NCBI RefSeq assembly: GCF_001194135.2
Contig: NC_068986.1
Coordinates: forward strand, 3,158,461-3,222,460
Direction of reading: 5' to 3'
DNA length: 64,000 bases
Origin: Octopus bimaculoides
Taxonomy: Eukaryota
The notes under the pieces were generated by a model. The model searched no databases. It had not been told where the DNA came from and worked only from the letters and a program-made list of their open reading frames with translations. Shown here in pieces: positions 1 through 13,154 of the stretch (position 1 is the stretch's first letter; every line of letters starts with the position of its first letter). The translations under genes and the position numbers were made by a program.

Positions 1-19
1 ATTAAAAACATTCCCTGGT

Positions 20-415
20 GTTCCAGATTTTATGTAAATACCCTCCTCAGACTTTTTAAAAGCATGTGACAACACAACAGCAAAGTATATTGCAAAGAGG
101 GTGGGTGCATCAAGGTCTCCCTGCTTTACTCCATTTTCCACGGCAAAAGATTCAGAGAGCCTCCCACCTGCAAAACTTTGATCATGTTTACAAATTTTTC
201 TGGACAACCTATTTTCCTTAGAATTAACCTCAGAGCATTTCGATTAACAGGATTGAATGCTTTGCTCAAATCAACAAAGCAATGGTATAGAGCAAGATTC
301 TGTTCAATGCACTTTTCTTGTAATTGTCTGATAGGTCCAGCTGTGCCCCTGGACGAATGAAAACCACACTGAGACTCAGACACTATATTTGGAACTATGA
401 AAGTATTTAAATGTT
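20..415 (-). mobile_element. RTE-clade (BovB-type) LINE, degenerate reverse transcriptase fragment
   Basis: ORF 126..443 reads IVSESQCGF...RQLQEKCIEQNLALYHCFVDLSKAFNPVNRNALRLILRKIGCPEKFVNMIKVL. A frameshifted continuation gives VKQ..APTLFAIYFAVVLSHAF. These are typical RTE/BovB RT motifs, here with indels. Confidence 0.85.
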
Positions 416-803
416 CTAACAAAATACATACATACTTATACACACACGGCTTGACATCCTATGAAAGTTGTAAACGAGTGTCACTGTCATACAAGCAGTG
501 TCATTTATTTCCAATATATTATATGAAAACATGTTTGGGCATGGGGAAAGATTACCTCGCTTGGAATGAGATGAGGGATGGTGACAGGAAGGGCATCCAA
601 CAATAGAAAATCAGTCTCGTAAATACCGAGAATCACTAAATATGTCTAATTAGAAAAAATTAGTTGAAATGAATAAAGAAACTTATATTCAGCAAGATCA
701 AAGATACGGCAAGAAAAGACAAAAATAGAAATAAAGCAATACAGGATAAACCTGACAAAATCTCTTCACCTCCACCCTTCCTGCATAACATATACTAACA
801 TAC

Positions 804-976
804 AAGCACCCACTACACTCTCAGAGTGGTTGGCGTTAGGAAGGGCATCCAGCTGTAGAAACTCTGCCAAATCAGATTGGAGCCTGGTGTAGCCACCTGG
901 TTCACCAGTCATCAGTCAAATTGTCCAACCCATGCTAGCATGGAAAGCGGACGTTAAACGATGATGATGATGATGA
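804..976 (+). mobile_element. RTE LINE 3' tail, 5'-truncated copy ending in (GAT)n
   Basis: AAGCACCCACTACACTCTC...AGGAAGGGCATCCAGCTGTAGAAACTCTGCC...CCCATGCTAGCATGGAAAGCGGACGTTAAACGATGATG. Near-identical to copies at 1671, 11008, 17036 and 28857, and to the tail following the RTE ORF at 34781-35484. Confidence 0.85.
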
Positions 977-1634
977 AGTCAACAAAGCAGACATGTCTTA
1001 ACTTGAAGGTATTTTATGTGAAAGCATTCAAAATATCAACATTTTTAAAGATACAGTTAAAAAAAACTCTGAATTCACAAAGAGATTGTAATATTATTTA
1101 GACAAAAAATATATTTACAATGACAACAAACACAATAAGGAAATTGAATAATAGGTCAACTGCTGCTCAAAATCGTACATCGTTTTGTCATCACACTGAA
1201 TAGAATCTAGATAACAAAAATAACATAAAATAAAATAACAGCTAAGCTAGTAACCTTATTAGAACAGCACCATGTTTACAGAAGGGATTATTATGTAAAG
1301 AATGAGCAATTATTGATTATCAAAGTAGTAAATGACATCTATTTATCTATGTTTGCAGAAAACCCAACAACAAAAATATCTGAGAATTATAACTACAAAT
1401 TAAAACTAGTTGTTATTCCTTAGATGCAAAAAAAAAAAAACTCCACTGGAATCAACTTTTAACTTACAAATCTACACATCCCAAATGAAAATAATACCAA
1501 CATTAGTAATACACGCAACAATGAAAAACAATATCATTTCTACCTAATAGTGAGCAAGAGGTAAATCCACAGCTTGGTTTCAACCCCTAGCTCCAACACT
1601 ATTAAATCTTCCATTACTATTATTATTGTTGTTG

Positions 1635-1670
<36 letters not shown>

Positions 1671-1671
<1 letters not shown>

Positions 1672-1848
1672 ACCCACTACACTCTCTGAGTGGTTGGCGT
1701 TAGGAAGGGCATCCATCTGTAGAAACTCTGCCAAATCAGATTGGAGGCTGGTGTTGCCATCCGGTTTCACCAGTCCTCAGTCAAATCGTCCAACCCATGC
1801 TAGCATGGAAAGCGGACATTAAACGATGATGATGATGATGATGATGAT
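1671..1848 (+). mobile_element. RTE LINE 3' tail, 5'-truncated copy
   Basis: Same tail sequence as 804-976 ending in (GAT)n, embedded in a (TAT)n tract. Confidence 0.85.
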
Positions 1849-2419
1849 TATTATCATTATTATTCAAGGTGGCAAGCTGACAGAATCCTTAACAAGCTGG
1901 TATGCACTACTGTGCCCAGAACAGTATTCCAGTCAACAATTTAATATAGAAATTTAATATAGTTTTATCGCGTATCTTCTCTTTTACTGGTTTCATTCAT
2001 TGGACTGCAGCCATGCTAGGACACCATCTTGAAGGATTTTTGAAGGGTTTTAGTTTGAACAAATGAAACCTCACATTTATGTTTTTGTCCTAAGACTGAT
2101 ACTTATTTTAGTGGTCTCTTTTGCTACATTACTAAGCTACAGGGATGTAAACAAACCAACAGAGATTGCTAAATGGTGGTGGGGATGGAACAAACATCAT
2201 CATCATCGCATGAGTAGGACGGTTAACAGGAGCCGGCCAGATAGAAAAACTACCCTAGGCTACTGTATCTGTTTTGGTAGGGATTTTACAGCCAGACACC
2301 CTTCCTAACACCATATATATATATATGTGTGTGTACATGTATATATATTCTTTGTATTATTACATTATTGAAAGCACACGTCCTTTTTTGCAAGTAAGTC
2401 TACTATTATTCTGACGTGA

Positions 2420-2654
2420 CTATCTTTCTATCTATCTATCTGTCTATGTATCTATCTATCTATCTTTCTATCTATCTTTCTATCTATTTATCTATCTGTC
2501 TTCCTCCATCTTTCTATCTATACCTCTGTCCTGGCCTCTACTTCACTGCTATACCCTTCTGTCCCTTCCTCCTTGTTCCACTTCCTCCCTCCACCATCCT
2601 CTCTATCTATTTATCTATCTGTCTTCCTCTATCTTCCTATCTACCCCTCTGTCC
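2420..2654. repeat. (TCTA)n and pyrimidine-rich microsatellite running into an assembly gap
   Basis: Directly visible TCTA/TCTG repeats; N gap starts at 2655. Confidence 0.9.
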
Positions 2655-3221
2655 NNNNNNNNNNNNNNNNNNNNNNNNNNNNNNNNNNNNNNNNNNNNNN
2701 NNNNNNNNNNNNNNNNNNNNNNNNNNNNNNNNNNNNNNNNNNNNNNNNNNNNNNNNNNNNNNNNNNNNNNNNNNNNNNNNNNNNNNNNNNNNNNNNNNNN
2801 NNNNNNNNNNNNNNNNNNNNNNNNNNNNNNNNNNNNNNNNNNNNNNNNNNNNNNNNNNNNNNNNNNNNNNNNNNNNNNNNNNNNNNNNNNNNNNNNNNNN
2901 NNNNNNNNNNNNNNNNNNNNNNNNNNNNNNNNNNNNNNNNNNNNNNNNNNNNNNNNNNNNNNNNNNNNNNNNNNNNNNNNNNNNNNNNNNNNNNNNNNNN
3001 NNNNNNNNNNNNNNNNNNNNNNNNNNNNNNNNNNNNNNNNNNNNNNNNNNNNNNNNNNNNNNNNNNNNNNNNNNNNNNNNNNNNNNNNNNNNNNNNNNNN
3101 NNNNNNNNNNNNNNNNNNNNNNNNNNNNNNNNNNNNNNNNNNNNNNNNNNNNNNNNNNNNNNNNNNNNNNNNNNNNNNNNNNNNNNNNNNNNNNNNNNNN
3201 NNNNNNNNNNNNNNNNNNNNN

Positions 3222-3260
<39 letters not shown>

Positions 3261-3899
3261 GGATCAAAACAGTTTAATTCAAATTCTCTATTACTTAAAG
3301 TTTCAAAGCTCATGTAGTTTATCATCAAGCAGAGGAAATGCGTTGAGTGCCCTTCTTTCATTTGTCCACCTACTCGTATGTAAAATATTATTTGGGATGC
3401 TCAGCTGTACAACTTGAGGAAATTGAAAACATCTATGTCAGTCACGTAAACTGGCCTCAGTACTTGACTGGCACTTTATTTATCAATACTCTAAGGATGA
3501 AAGACAAAGCTGACCTTGCTGGGATTTGAACTCAAAATATATAGGACCAAGACAAATAACACATGGCATTTTGTCTGATGCTTTACTAACTTTGCCAATC
3601 CACTTCTGGAACAGACCATTAAAACATGTTCAGATATTTCTACAACAATTAGGACTGGTTTGAGATAAGAAGAATGTTTGTAAGACTTCTTGCTTAAATA
3701 ATTCACTGGCATAATTCCATATCTCTGAAACTATTTCAATCCTTGATTGTAATAAAAATTGGACACACGAGTTAAATTACTATAAAATGATAGATTAAAT
3801 GGGTCACCATCACCAGAAACAACCTGAGACATGTTTTACTTTGTTGGAATGGTTTTGACGGGTCACCAAAACCCACGTCTTCAATTGATTAGTTCACAC

Positions 3900-4120
3900 T
3901 AACATTTCAGCATTCAGGTCACTCTGTCAATGTTTGTTTATTCACATTGTTTTGAATTAATCATGGATTACCTCATATCTTTAAGATTTGAATGATATGA
4001 CTGTTTATGTTTAGAATGACATTGTAAAATAGGTATGAGAGGCCAGATATGGCTGGTCTGAACATAAAACAAGTGGAATATTTGGGATGGATATGGCTGG
4101 TTTAAATGCTTAATTGTCAA
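3900..4120 (-). mobile_element. Old copy of the piggyBac-type MITE seen at 28440-28656
   Basis: Reverse complement aligns along its length with 28440-28656 (e.g. CATTCAG..ACTCTGTCAA, AGAATGACATTGTA, GAACATAAAACA). Termini are decayed. Confidence 0.7.
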
Positions 4121-4142
4121 AACTAAAATCATCACCACAAGC

Positions 4143-4330
4143 ATCATCATCATCAACATGTAACATCTATTTTCCATGCTGGCATGGGTCGGACAGCTTG
4201 GCAGGAACTGGCAAGATCAGGGGCCACATCAGGTTCCATTGTCTGTTTTGGCTTGTTTTTAAAGCTGGAAGCGTTCCTAACACCAAGCACTTTACAGAGT
4301 GTACTGGGTACTTTTTATGTGGTACCATCA
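4143..4330 (-). mobile_element. Older RTE-type 3' tail remnant
   Basis: (CAT)n followed by TTTCCATGCTGGCATGGGTCGGACAG...TTCCTAAC..CACTTTACAGAGTGTACTGGGTACTTTT. Similar decayed tails occur at about 5440-5605, 9430-9540, 15465-15640, 15770-15900 and 35926-36110. Confidence 0.6.
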
Positions 4331-5569
4331 TCAGAGCTTTTATCCTAAGATTTAAATTAACTTCATTTGTAATCTTAAACAAACATATCATAATATAATG
4401 ATTTCTTTTCAGTTAATATTTAAAAAAAATGACAGAACACAAGCTATATCATAGTTTAAACTAAATTCATTATATCACCTGTATTTTTATCAACCAGGCT
4501 CATCTAATTTGACTCACATCCCAACCATTATCATCTCACCTTACTTTTCAGTCTTATATCTATGACCAGGTTATTCAGCATTTATTTTCTGGTTTGAAAA
4601 AAAGTTTTTGAATGATAAGGTATTTTGAACAGAGTTTGGAGTTAGATGGAAATTTCAACAGGCCTCTCCTCCGCTCAATAAGAGCTAACCTGGAACTAAA
4701 CGACCAAGATCACATGAAAGCTGACTTCAATTGTATTCAAAGGTGAAAACTAGAAACAATAACCTATCCAGAGCAACTTGTTACTGCTTTCTAACCAACT
4801 CATACACAAAATAATAATGTCAAACACAGAAAATAACGTAAGCTTGAGCTGTGGTATGTGCATAGCCATATTTATAATACTATATAGAGGAGGTGAGTGG
4901 GTGGCTTGACAAACAAACAAACAAACAAACAAACACTGACTCAATTTACAGAGGTTCTTGTGATCCATTTTAATATAGAAAAACAAATGGAAAAGTGTGC
5001 AGTATGTGTTAGATATGTAATAAATAATATGACATTTATAGCAGTATATAGCCATGTCTATAGAAGTGGAACAGGATATAAATACAAAATGCAGAAATAA
5101 CTCAGGGAAACAATTCTAAAAAAGCAAGATGGAGATATGGTTGTGTGGATAAGAAGCACATTTTCTAACTATGTGGCTTTGGGTTCAGTCCTAATGCCTG
5201 GCACCTAGGGCATGTGGTTTGTACTACAGCCCCAGACTGACACTGGTTGTAAAGAATGGCCTTGCAAGCAAATGGTATCATTTGCTTGCAGTCTACCAGA
5301 AAAGCATGTTTAGGTTTCTCGACATGTTGCACAGCTTTTGTAAACAAAAGGCTCATTAAATCAGTGTCATCTGTTTCCAGTTCTCCACTCAATCTTGTCC
5401 CGGCTGTTTTTTTGTTTGTTTGATAAACTGGAAGATTAGTATCTCACTTGGAAACAAGTAGGGTTTGATGTCGAGAAGAGAAGAGGGCATCTGCTTATAG
5501 AAAATCTGTCCCTACTTACTCTCATCTGACACATGCAAGCATGGGAAAAATAGATGTTATGACGACGAC

Positions 5570-5602
<33 letters not shown>

Positions 5603-6068
5603 AAGCTGAACAGATGTGTTTAATCATAACTGCAGCATATTTGCAGGTATGATCAATGTTTGTTAAAACATCGTATATTAAGATTCAGATAGATTCAAAA
5701 TACTGGAGTTAGATGGACAGTGAAATGGTAGTCATTTGAGTGTTGGACAAAACATTTCAGAATGTTCATTATGACCCTCTGCATTCTGAGTTCAAATCCC
5801 ATCAAGGTTAGCTTTGTCTTTCATCCTTTTAAGGGTGAATAAAAAAGTACCAATCTGGAGTGGTGCACTGGCAGATAGAGAGTAGGGTAAAATGCTTTGC
5901 AGTATCTTTTCAGGCTGTATAAATTGGGAGTTCAAATTGTACTCCATCACTAAATGGTGACATTCCTGTTAAAAGTTGCAACTAACAGATAGTATTAGCA
6001 ATCTGAAAAACCAATGGAAACAGTTTCCAAGGGTTGATAGGAAGATAAACATCCATCACATATATATA

Positions 6069-6230
6069 GGCGCAGGCATGGCTGTGTGCAAATAAGTTTG
6101 CTTCTTAAGCACATGGTTCTGGGTTCAGTCTCACTGCATGGCACCTTGGGCAAGCATCTTCTAATGCAGTCTCAGGCCAACCAAAACCTTGAGCGGATTT
6201 GGTAGATGGAAACTGAAAGAATCCCATCAT
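6069..6230 (+). mobile_element. tRNA-headed SINE, family A (5' half)
   Basis: Box A-like TGGCTGTGTG and box B-like GGTTCAGTC, then GCACCTTGGGCAAG (resembles the CORE/MIR motif) and GGATTTGGTAGATGGAAACTGAAAGAA. Older copies at about 5131-5250 (+), 6858-7005 (-) and 9675-9838 (-). Confidence 0.8.
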
Positions 6231-6243
6231 ATATAAAAATCAA

Positions 6244-6778
6244 CTACATATGTGGAAAATCGGTGTGTGTTTGTTTGTGGCATTTTTAGCTAACTCCTCC
6301 TACATCGTTTTATTGATTTTATGAAACTTGACACACAAGTAGAATGCATGTCTGGAAACCTTGTGACATACTTAGATTGTTGAAAAAATCGATAATACAG
6401 CCCCTGGAAGGGACCTTTATATCTACCTCATATAACTAATTTTTTTTTTAAACACCCAAGGGAAATAACTCATAGCACTTGCACAATATTTTTTTAAACA
6501 CTCAAGGAAAATAACCCATTTCATTGTTTTTGTTCGATTACTTTGAATATTGATTTTTTGTGTGTCCAATTTCTAAGTTTTGCAGACAATATCACTTTTA
6601 TACTTTATTTGACACTTGAGTAGAACTCATGTCTGGAAACCTCGTGACATACTTAGATTGTTGAAAAATTTTGATAATAGGGCCCCTCCAATGGATCCTT
6701 CTATCTACTACATATTACTAATATTTTACACAATGGCCAGTAATGTTTTCATGGAAGTTTGCAAACAAGCACTGCTAG
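6244..6778 (+). mobile_element. Probable non-autonomous Helitron-like element with internal direct repeats
   Basis: Starts CTACATATGTGGAAAATCGGTGTGTG and ends GCACTGCTAG|TA (CTAG 3' end). Contains a ~113 bp direct repeat (6328-6440 and 6609-6722). No TIRs or TSD seen. Confidence 0.45.
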
Positions 6779-9700
6779 TATGATTGTGACATTTGTTTAC
6801 AACTGGAGCATGATGTGAAGCTAAGATGTACATGCACACACACACACACACACACATGATAGGCTTCCTACATTTACCACTCACAAGGCTTTGGTCAGTT
6901 CAGGCTACAGAAGAAGTCACTCATCCAAAATGCTGTGCAGTGGGAATGAACCCTGAAACAATGTTGTCAAGTGAGATTCTTAACCACACAACCAAGCCTG
7001 TGCCAAAACAGAATATGGAATTGAGCTTTGCATCTTGTCTTTCATCTTTGATACAGTAATCAGCAACATTACATCATGGCAAATGCAAAAGATAAAACAT
7101 TGTTAATATGATTTATAGCCAGATATTTCAAAATACGAACAACAGCAACACTGTTCCTTAGCAACAATATCAGCATAATCCTTCAATGTAGGACCAACAT
7201 TAGATTCATCTTGAGCACTTGCTCTTCTCCTCCTTCACCCCACCCTCTCTCTGCTGTCAATTGTTGGTTATTCATAGTTATTCAACCACAACCATCCAGA
7301 CATCCCTTTGAAGGTATAAGTATGCATAATCACAAAAGGCTGATTGCAACGGGGGTTTTTTCTATTAACTTTGCTAGCTTTTGTAAGTTACTAACAGCAC
7401 TCCATCAGGGAGCTGTAACTGTTTCTCAGTTGCAATAACAGGTCAAGAAAAGGTGTGAGTTGTGGTCCCTGCTTATCACATACATACATAAATACTAGAC
7501 ACAACAAAAGGTAGAAATTCAAGAAGTCCTATTCCAATACCTTTGACTATCTCATCAGATACAGACTTGACACATTTCACTACTTTAGCCTTACTACTAA
7601 ACTTTTAACTTGTAGTAAATCTTAATTTTGAAGGTAGATATCACAATGTCACCTATCTACCATCCTTCTCCAACACTTTCTCCTCTCCAGTACTTTTTTT
7701 AGCTATGGTTTACCATGGCTAAAAACCACTGGAATGCTATCAGAGGATCAGTTGATCACATGTTTCCATCCACTTGTTCACTGTGCAACCAAAGAAACAT
7801 ACACTCCAGTCCCATCTGCTGTCATTAGAAGTGGTCTGTACTTTTCTGTCCAGTTTATTCTGTCCAATGAAGCAACCAAACTGGAGAAACTCCACAGTAA
7901 CAGTCAACTGGATCAGCTGCAATCTATCAATATACTCTACTATGATACCAAACACTTTTCTCCTATTTATTAATATGAATAAATATAAGTGGTGTTAAAA
8001 CATAAACACCAATGATATATATGCCAATGTACATGTGTGTATAACGGCAAACACCACAGCTGAATGTGACTATATGTGATCTTAAAGTATACTTTACATA
8101 ACAAATGATATTATTTGTGAAGTATACAGGGTGAACAAATATCTTCCACACTCTGATTAAGAAAACCACTCATTGCTTGATGCAGCCATTTTCTCTAATC
8201 CAATGCCCATAATGGTGACTTCCCATCCTATACCTCTTTGCAAACCACATACATCCAAAATATCAATACTACTATTATGGTTTTCTAAGACTAGTGTTAA
8301 TCCTTCTTAAAATGGTTTCAATAAATGCAGTCTCACTGGATTTGCTTTGATTCAAGTTATTTTTCCATATAAAAGATATTTGACTGTGATCTCTACACAT
8401 AATGTGACCCAACCATTACCAAAACATGTTTTGGTGGTGTTGTTTTTTTTTTTATAGTATGGATGATTCATTAGAAGTGACACAACTATTCTTACTATAT
8501 TTAATGACAGCTATATCTGGAATAAAGTTTATTCATGTGATATCCATCTGTGCCATTTCTAGTAAAAACACTCAAATGTTTCCATGTGTCTCTTCTAGGT
8601 CACAGCCAGACAGACAGTAAATAAACATGCATCATATTATTGCAACTTTTCTCTCTTTTCATAACAACCAAAATGGAGACTACCTCTGGTTCGAGGATTA
8701 AAAAAGAAAATTTTTTAATCCCGGTTTTAAAATGTTTATATTGAAAATAAAACCTTCCCATCACTGCTTTATGTAATAAATCATTTATTATGTTCCAAAC
8801 AACAGCTTATTGAACAAAGTGTGAATTATTTTACAAAATCCATTCCACTTTTGATTATTTTTAAGAATTAATTTAAACGTATACTCTGTATATATTCACA
8901 AGGAATATGGTCTCAAAGGTTACACCAGTTTCGATCACTTTCCTGTAATCAAAATCATTTCTATATATATTAGTGAGTTGGCTTTTTCCCAAATCATAGG
9001 TGGATATCTCCATTAATAACATTTCTCTTGGGCAAAGAACACATTTCTCAACAACACATGAGCTTTTAATGGAACAGAAAAATGGTGAGAAGGCTGCTCA
9101 TTCAACCAACAAGCACTGGTGTCTCAAAAAGTAGATTTTTTAATTATTATTTTATTTTAATGTCAACACCAGTAACATCACATACAGAAGAATCAGAGCA
9201 TAAACATCCATTTCTATAGAGGGTTATAAAAGTTCTAATCATTTGCAGATATATATACATGCAGGGTCATCATCAAGCATAGCACATAATGGTGCTTGCT
9301 TCAGTCTACCTGGCTGACTTTTAATTCAAGACTGAATAGTTAGTGTTGGGGAAAACATTTAATTATGACTTCTCAAACATTATAAAAATGTTTTGGGCCC
9401 TAAAATAATAAATCATGCACACACACACATCTATCATGATCGTTTTAATGTCTACTTTCCATGCTTGCATGCGTGAGACAGAATTCACTGAGACAGAGTA
9501 TCTACAGCAGGATGCCCTTCTTGTTGCCAAAGCAAAATAACAATTGCCCATGGTTAGACATATACTTCTAGAAGACTGGAAATGAAGGAACCTGACTGTA
9601 CGAAGGTGATGCTCATTTACAACTATTGCAGGATTTCAAAACACACACACAGACACACACATGTATGTATACAATGGGCTCCTTTCAGTTCCCATCTACC

Positions 9701-11007
9701 AAATCTACTCATGAATCTTAAGTTGACCTGGGACAACAGCAGAAGACACTTGTCCAAGATGCCACACAGTGGGACTGAACCCTAAAATCATGTGGTTGAG
9801 AAGCAAAGTTTCTACAACTACATGGCCATGTCTGTACCCATGCACCATACACACACACACACGCACGCATACACATACGTACATATAATATGTATGTTTA
9901 GGGCGACATAAATGCACATCCATCATAGAAAGGTTTGTTTAACATAATCCTTGGACAGAATCAGATTGATAATGTATATGTGTGTGTTTGTGTTTGTGTG
10001 TGTGTGTGTGAGGGAGGGAGAGAGAGAAGTTTGGTCCCTTCAAATATTGGTACAGCCCATCAGGCAGGTTCCCACACAATTTCTGTTAACCTAATTTACT
10101 TCTTTGTAGTAAGAAGAGTTCCAAGGGCAAAAACGACTCAATGAAATTTGATATTTTGAAGACTGAGATATAGGGAAGCTGATGTCTTTCAAACCAGTCC
10201 AACCCATGTCAGTGCAGAAAATAAGACATAAAACTACCAGTGTTGATGTGTATGCATATGCATGTGTGCATGCATATGTGTGTGTGTGTGTGTATGTTAT
10301 GCCTTTTGTCTAGAAGATTTTGCATCAGTTTCTTCTCCTGACTGCAGAATTAATCTACAAAATGAAGATATCAGTATTCAAAATGTGATCTTTGTAATTA
10401 CCAACAAAATACCTTACCAATAACCTAATTTCCTGTCATATAGCAACCAAGTGAAATTATTTTTCTGAACTTGCCTTTTTCTTTTCCTTTTTCTTTTTTT
10501 GTTTGCTTTGTTTCATTCATTTCTTTTATCTTATCTTTCTTCGTAATTATCAATGCTATGTTTATTGTTTTATCAAAAATGTAAAGTCCAAGTAACAAAA
10601 CTCTACAAGAATAAAAGAAATGCAATGATTTGCTGTATTCTTTGGCTTTCTATCTATTGCATAATGCTTATTTTATTGTCATTATCAACAAATATGATCA
10701 ATCAGGGGATTCTGAAATACTTAATCCCCTTCAATATAATAATCTAGTCCAGCAACACACACACACACACATTGACAAAAAAAAAATGGATGTTAAACTA
10801 AATTGCAATGAACATTTTCAACACCAACCCACCACCAAAGACCACTTCTACTCGAGTCTTCAAATCTTGGTCTGAAATATTGTGTGAGTACATGTTCATG
10901 TTTGTATTTCTGTGTGTGTGTGTATGTATACATCTATGTAGACATGTATATGTAAGAGTATATGTATGCACTTAGGTGTCTGTGTGTGTGTGTATATAAA
11001 CATGTAG

Positions 11008-11370
11008 ATGGCACCTGTGCCCAGCGTCGCCTTCCTGGCACTTGTGCCGGTGGCACGTGTAAAGACATTCAAGTGAGATAGTTGCCAGTGCCGTTGGACT
11101 GGCTCCTGTGCAGGTGGCACGTAAAATACACCATTTTTAGCATGGCCGTTGCCAGTACCACCTGACTGGCCTTCGTGCTGGTGGCATGTAAAAGTACCCA
11201 CTACACTCTCGGAGTGGTTGGCGTTAGGAAGGGCATCCAGCTGTAGAAACTCTGCCAAATCAGACTGGAGCCTGGTGTAGCCATCTGGTTCACCAGTCCT
11301 CAGTCAAATCGTCTAACCCATGCTAGCATGGAAAGCGGACGTTAAACAATGATGATGATGATGATGATGA
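11008..11370 (+). mobile_element. RTE LINE 3' UTR copy (~360 bp) with internal tandem units
   Basis: GGCACCTGTGCCCAG... followed by about 2.5 copies of a ~66-nt unit, the common tail and (GAT)n. Confidence 0.85.
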
Positions 11371-11975
11371 CTTGCATATTAAAAAAAAAACACAAAACTA
11401 AATTTCAAGAGGCAAACATTATTATCATGATAGTGCATGGCTAAGTTGTTAGGGTGTTGGACTCATGATTATTTAGATTGTGGTTTCTATTCTTGGAGTG
11501 GGTGACACATTGGTCGTGAAGTAATCTTCTTAACCACACTGCCATCTCAATGTGTCTGTTTTTTGGGGGGTGTTTGTTCTTTCTCAAGATGACTCAAGAT
11601 GGAATAATGTCAAGAGGGAGATGTGGCTGTTACCTCCAGCAAATCAAGCTACCACATAAAGCTTCTTGATTTGTTCAGGAGGCTCCAATGGCTGCAGATG
11701 TGAAGTTAAAGAGGAAACAGGAGCGAGAGAAGAGGTTCCAGATGGATGTTGTTTTGGGCAAGCAGTATTAAGTAAGGAACAATCATTAAAATACAGGATC
11801 CAGCAAGAGAAACACACAAGTGGAGACAGGAAAGGGAGACGAACAGCAGCAGCAGCAGCAGCAAATGGGGACAGCAGAGGTAGGTATTTAAAATAACACC
11901 AAGCTCATTGTATTATAGCAAGAATATGGAGGACATAATCTGAGGCAGTCTCTTGAGTAAATGGAGAGAGGAGGG

Positions 11976-12130
11976 GAGAGAGAGAGAGAGAGAGAGAGTG
12001 CGAGAGAGAGTGTGTGTGAGAGAGAGAGTGTGTGTGAGAGAGAGTGTGTGTGTGAGAGAGAGTGTGTGTGAGAGAGAGTGTGTGTGAGAGAGAGTGTGTG
12101 TGAGAGAGAGAGTGTGTGTGAGAGAGAGTG

Positions 12131-12164
<34 letters not shown>

Positions 12165-12288
12165 AAGTTATTGAAGTTATGGACTAAAGTAAGGTATGAA
12201 ATCTTAATTCGATATTTAGTGCCTCATGTATGTATGTATGTATGTATGTATGTATGTATGTATGTATGTATGTATGTATGTATGTATG

Positions 12289-12333
<45 letters not shown>
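11976..12333. repeat. Compound microsatellite: (GA)n/(GT)n higher-order repeat, then (TATG)n and (TA)n
   Basis: Directly visible. Confidence 0.95.
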
Positions 12334-12341
<8 letters not shown>

Positions 12342-12530
12342 CATACATATATAAGTATTTCTCCAAACCTTGAAGAGTCATAGGAATGTAGGAATGTTTT
12401 TCAATTCTTTTTTTCCTACTTTTTACCGAGAACAGGATGCAGTTCAGGCACCATCCCAACAGAAGCTAATGCAGCTTCTTACTAATGAGTTTAATTTTGA
12501 AAGCACCCCACTCCCAAAAACTTTAGTCAC

Positions 12531-12561
<31 letters not shown>

Positions 12562-12840
12562 AAGAAAGGGTATGGTCACAGCTATGGGAGTGCTAGTTTA
12601 TTGTCTTCGTGCTGTTAAACAGCAGAGAATGAAGTGTTCTAAATAGAATGTACTATCTTTGATAAATTGATTCCACATACACACTACTTTCTTCTTTGAA
12701 CAGAAATATATATATATATATATATTATATATGCCTATATCGTAGGCATAATAAAATACCTTTGAGAATAACATAACAGCACATTCTGTACTCAAATAAT
12801 GAACACANNNNNNNNNNACTTTGTTCTTTCAACAGACAGT

Positions 12841-12872
<32 letters not shown>

Positions 12873-13154
12873 AGTATATACAATAAAACAGCTTAGTAAA
12901 TAACTTAACAACGCACTTTGTGTTCAGTAATTGAATATATGTATATAATATAAATAATATATATATATATATATATATATGCATATATCCATACATATAT
13001 GTACATACCTACATCTATATGTATACATACATGCATATATGGGTACAGGACATCACAAAAAACGTTCTGTCTCCAAGTAAGTTTTATCTATCTATCTCTA
13101 TCTATCTATCTATATATATATATATACACATATGTACATATATGTATATGCTTA

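Noticed and set aside
804-976. Recurrent near-identical ~170-bp sequence that could suggest an array or ncRNA family
   Set aside because: Dispersed, variably truncated, ends in (GAT)n and follows an RTE ORF at 34781; it is a LINE tail, not CRISPR or an RNA gene.
2416-3417. Long ORFs spanning N runs (also at 41436-42506, 43520-44341, 46974-47318, 52135-52748 and 59487-60262)
   Set aside because: Artefacts of translating assembly gaps and flanking microsatellites.
5270-5400. Protein-like minus-strand peptide LSGELETDDTDLMSLLFTKAVQHVEKPKHAFL
   Set aside because: No convincing splice acceptor or donor and no recognisable homology; the ORF runs into a SINE.
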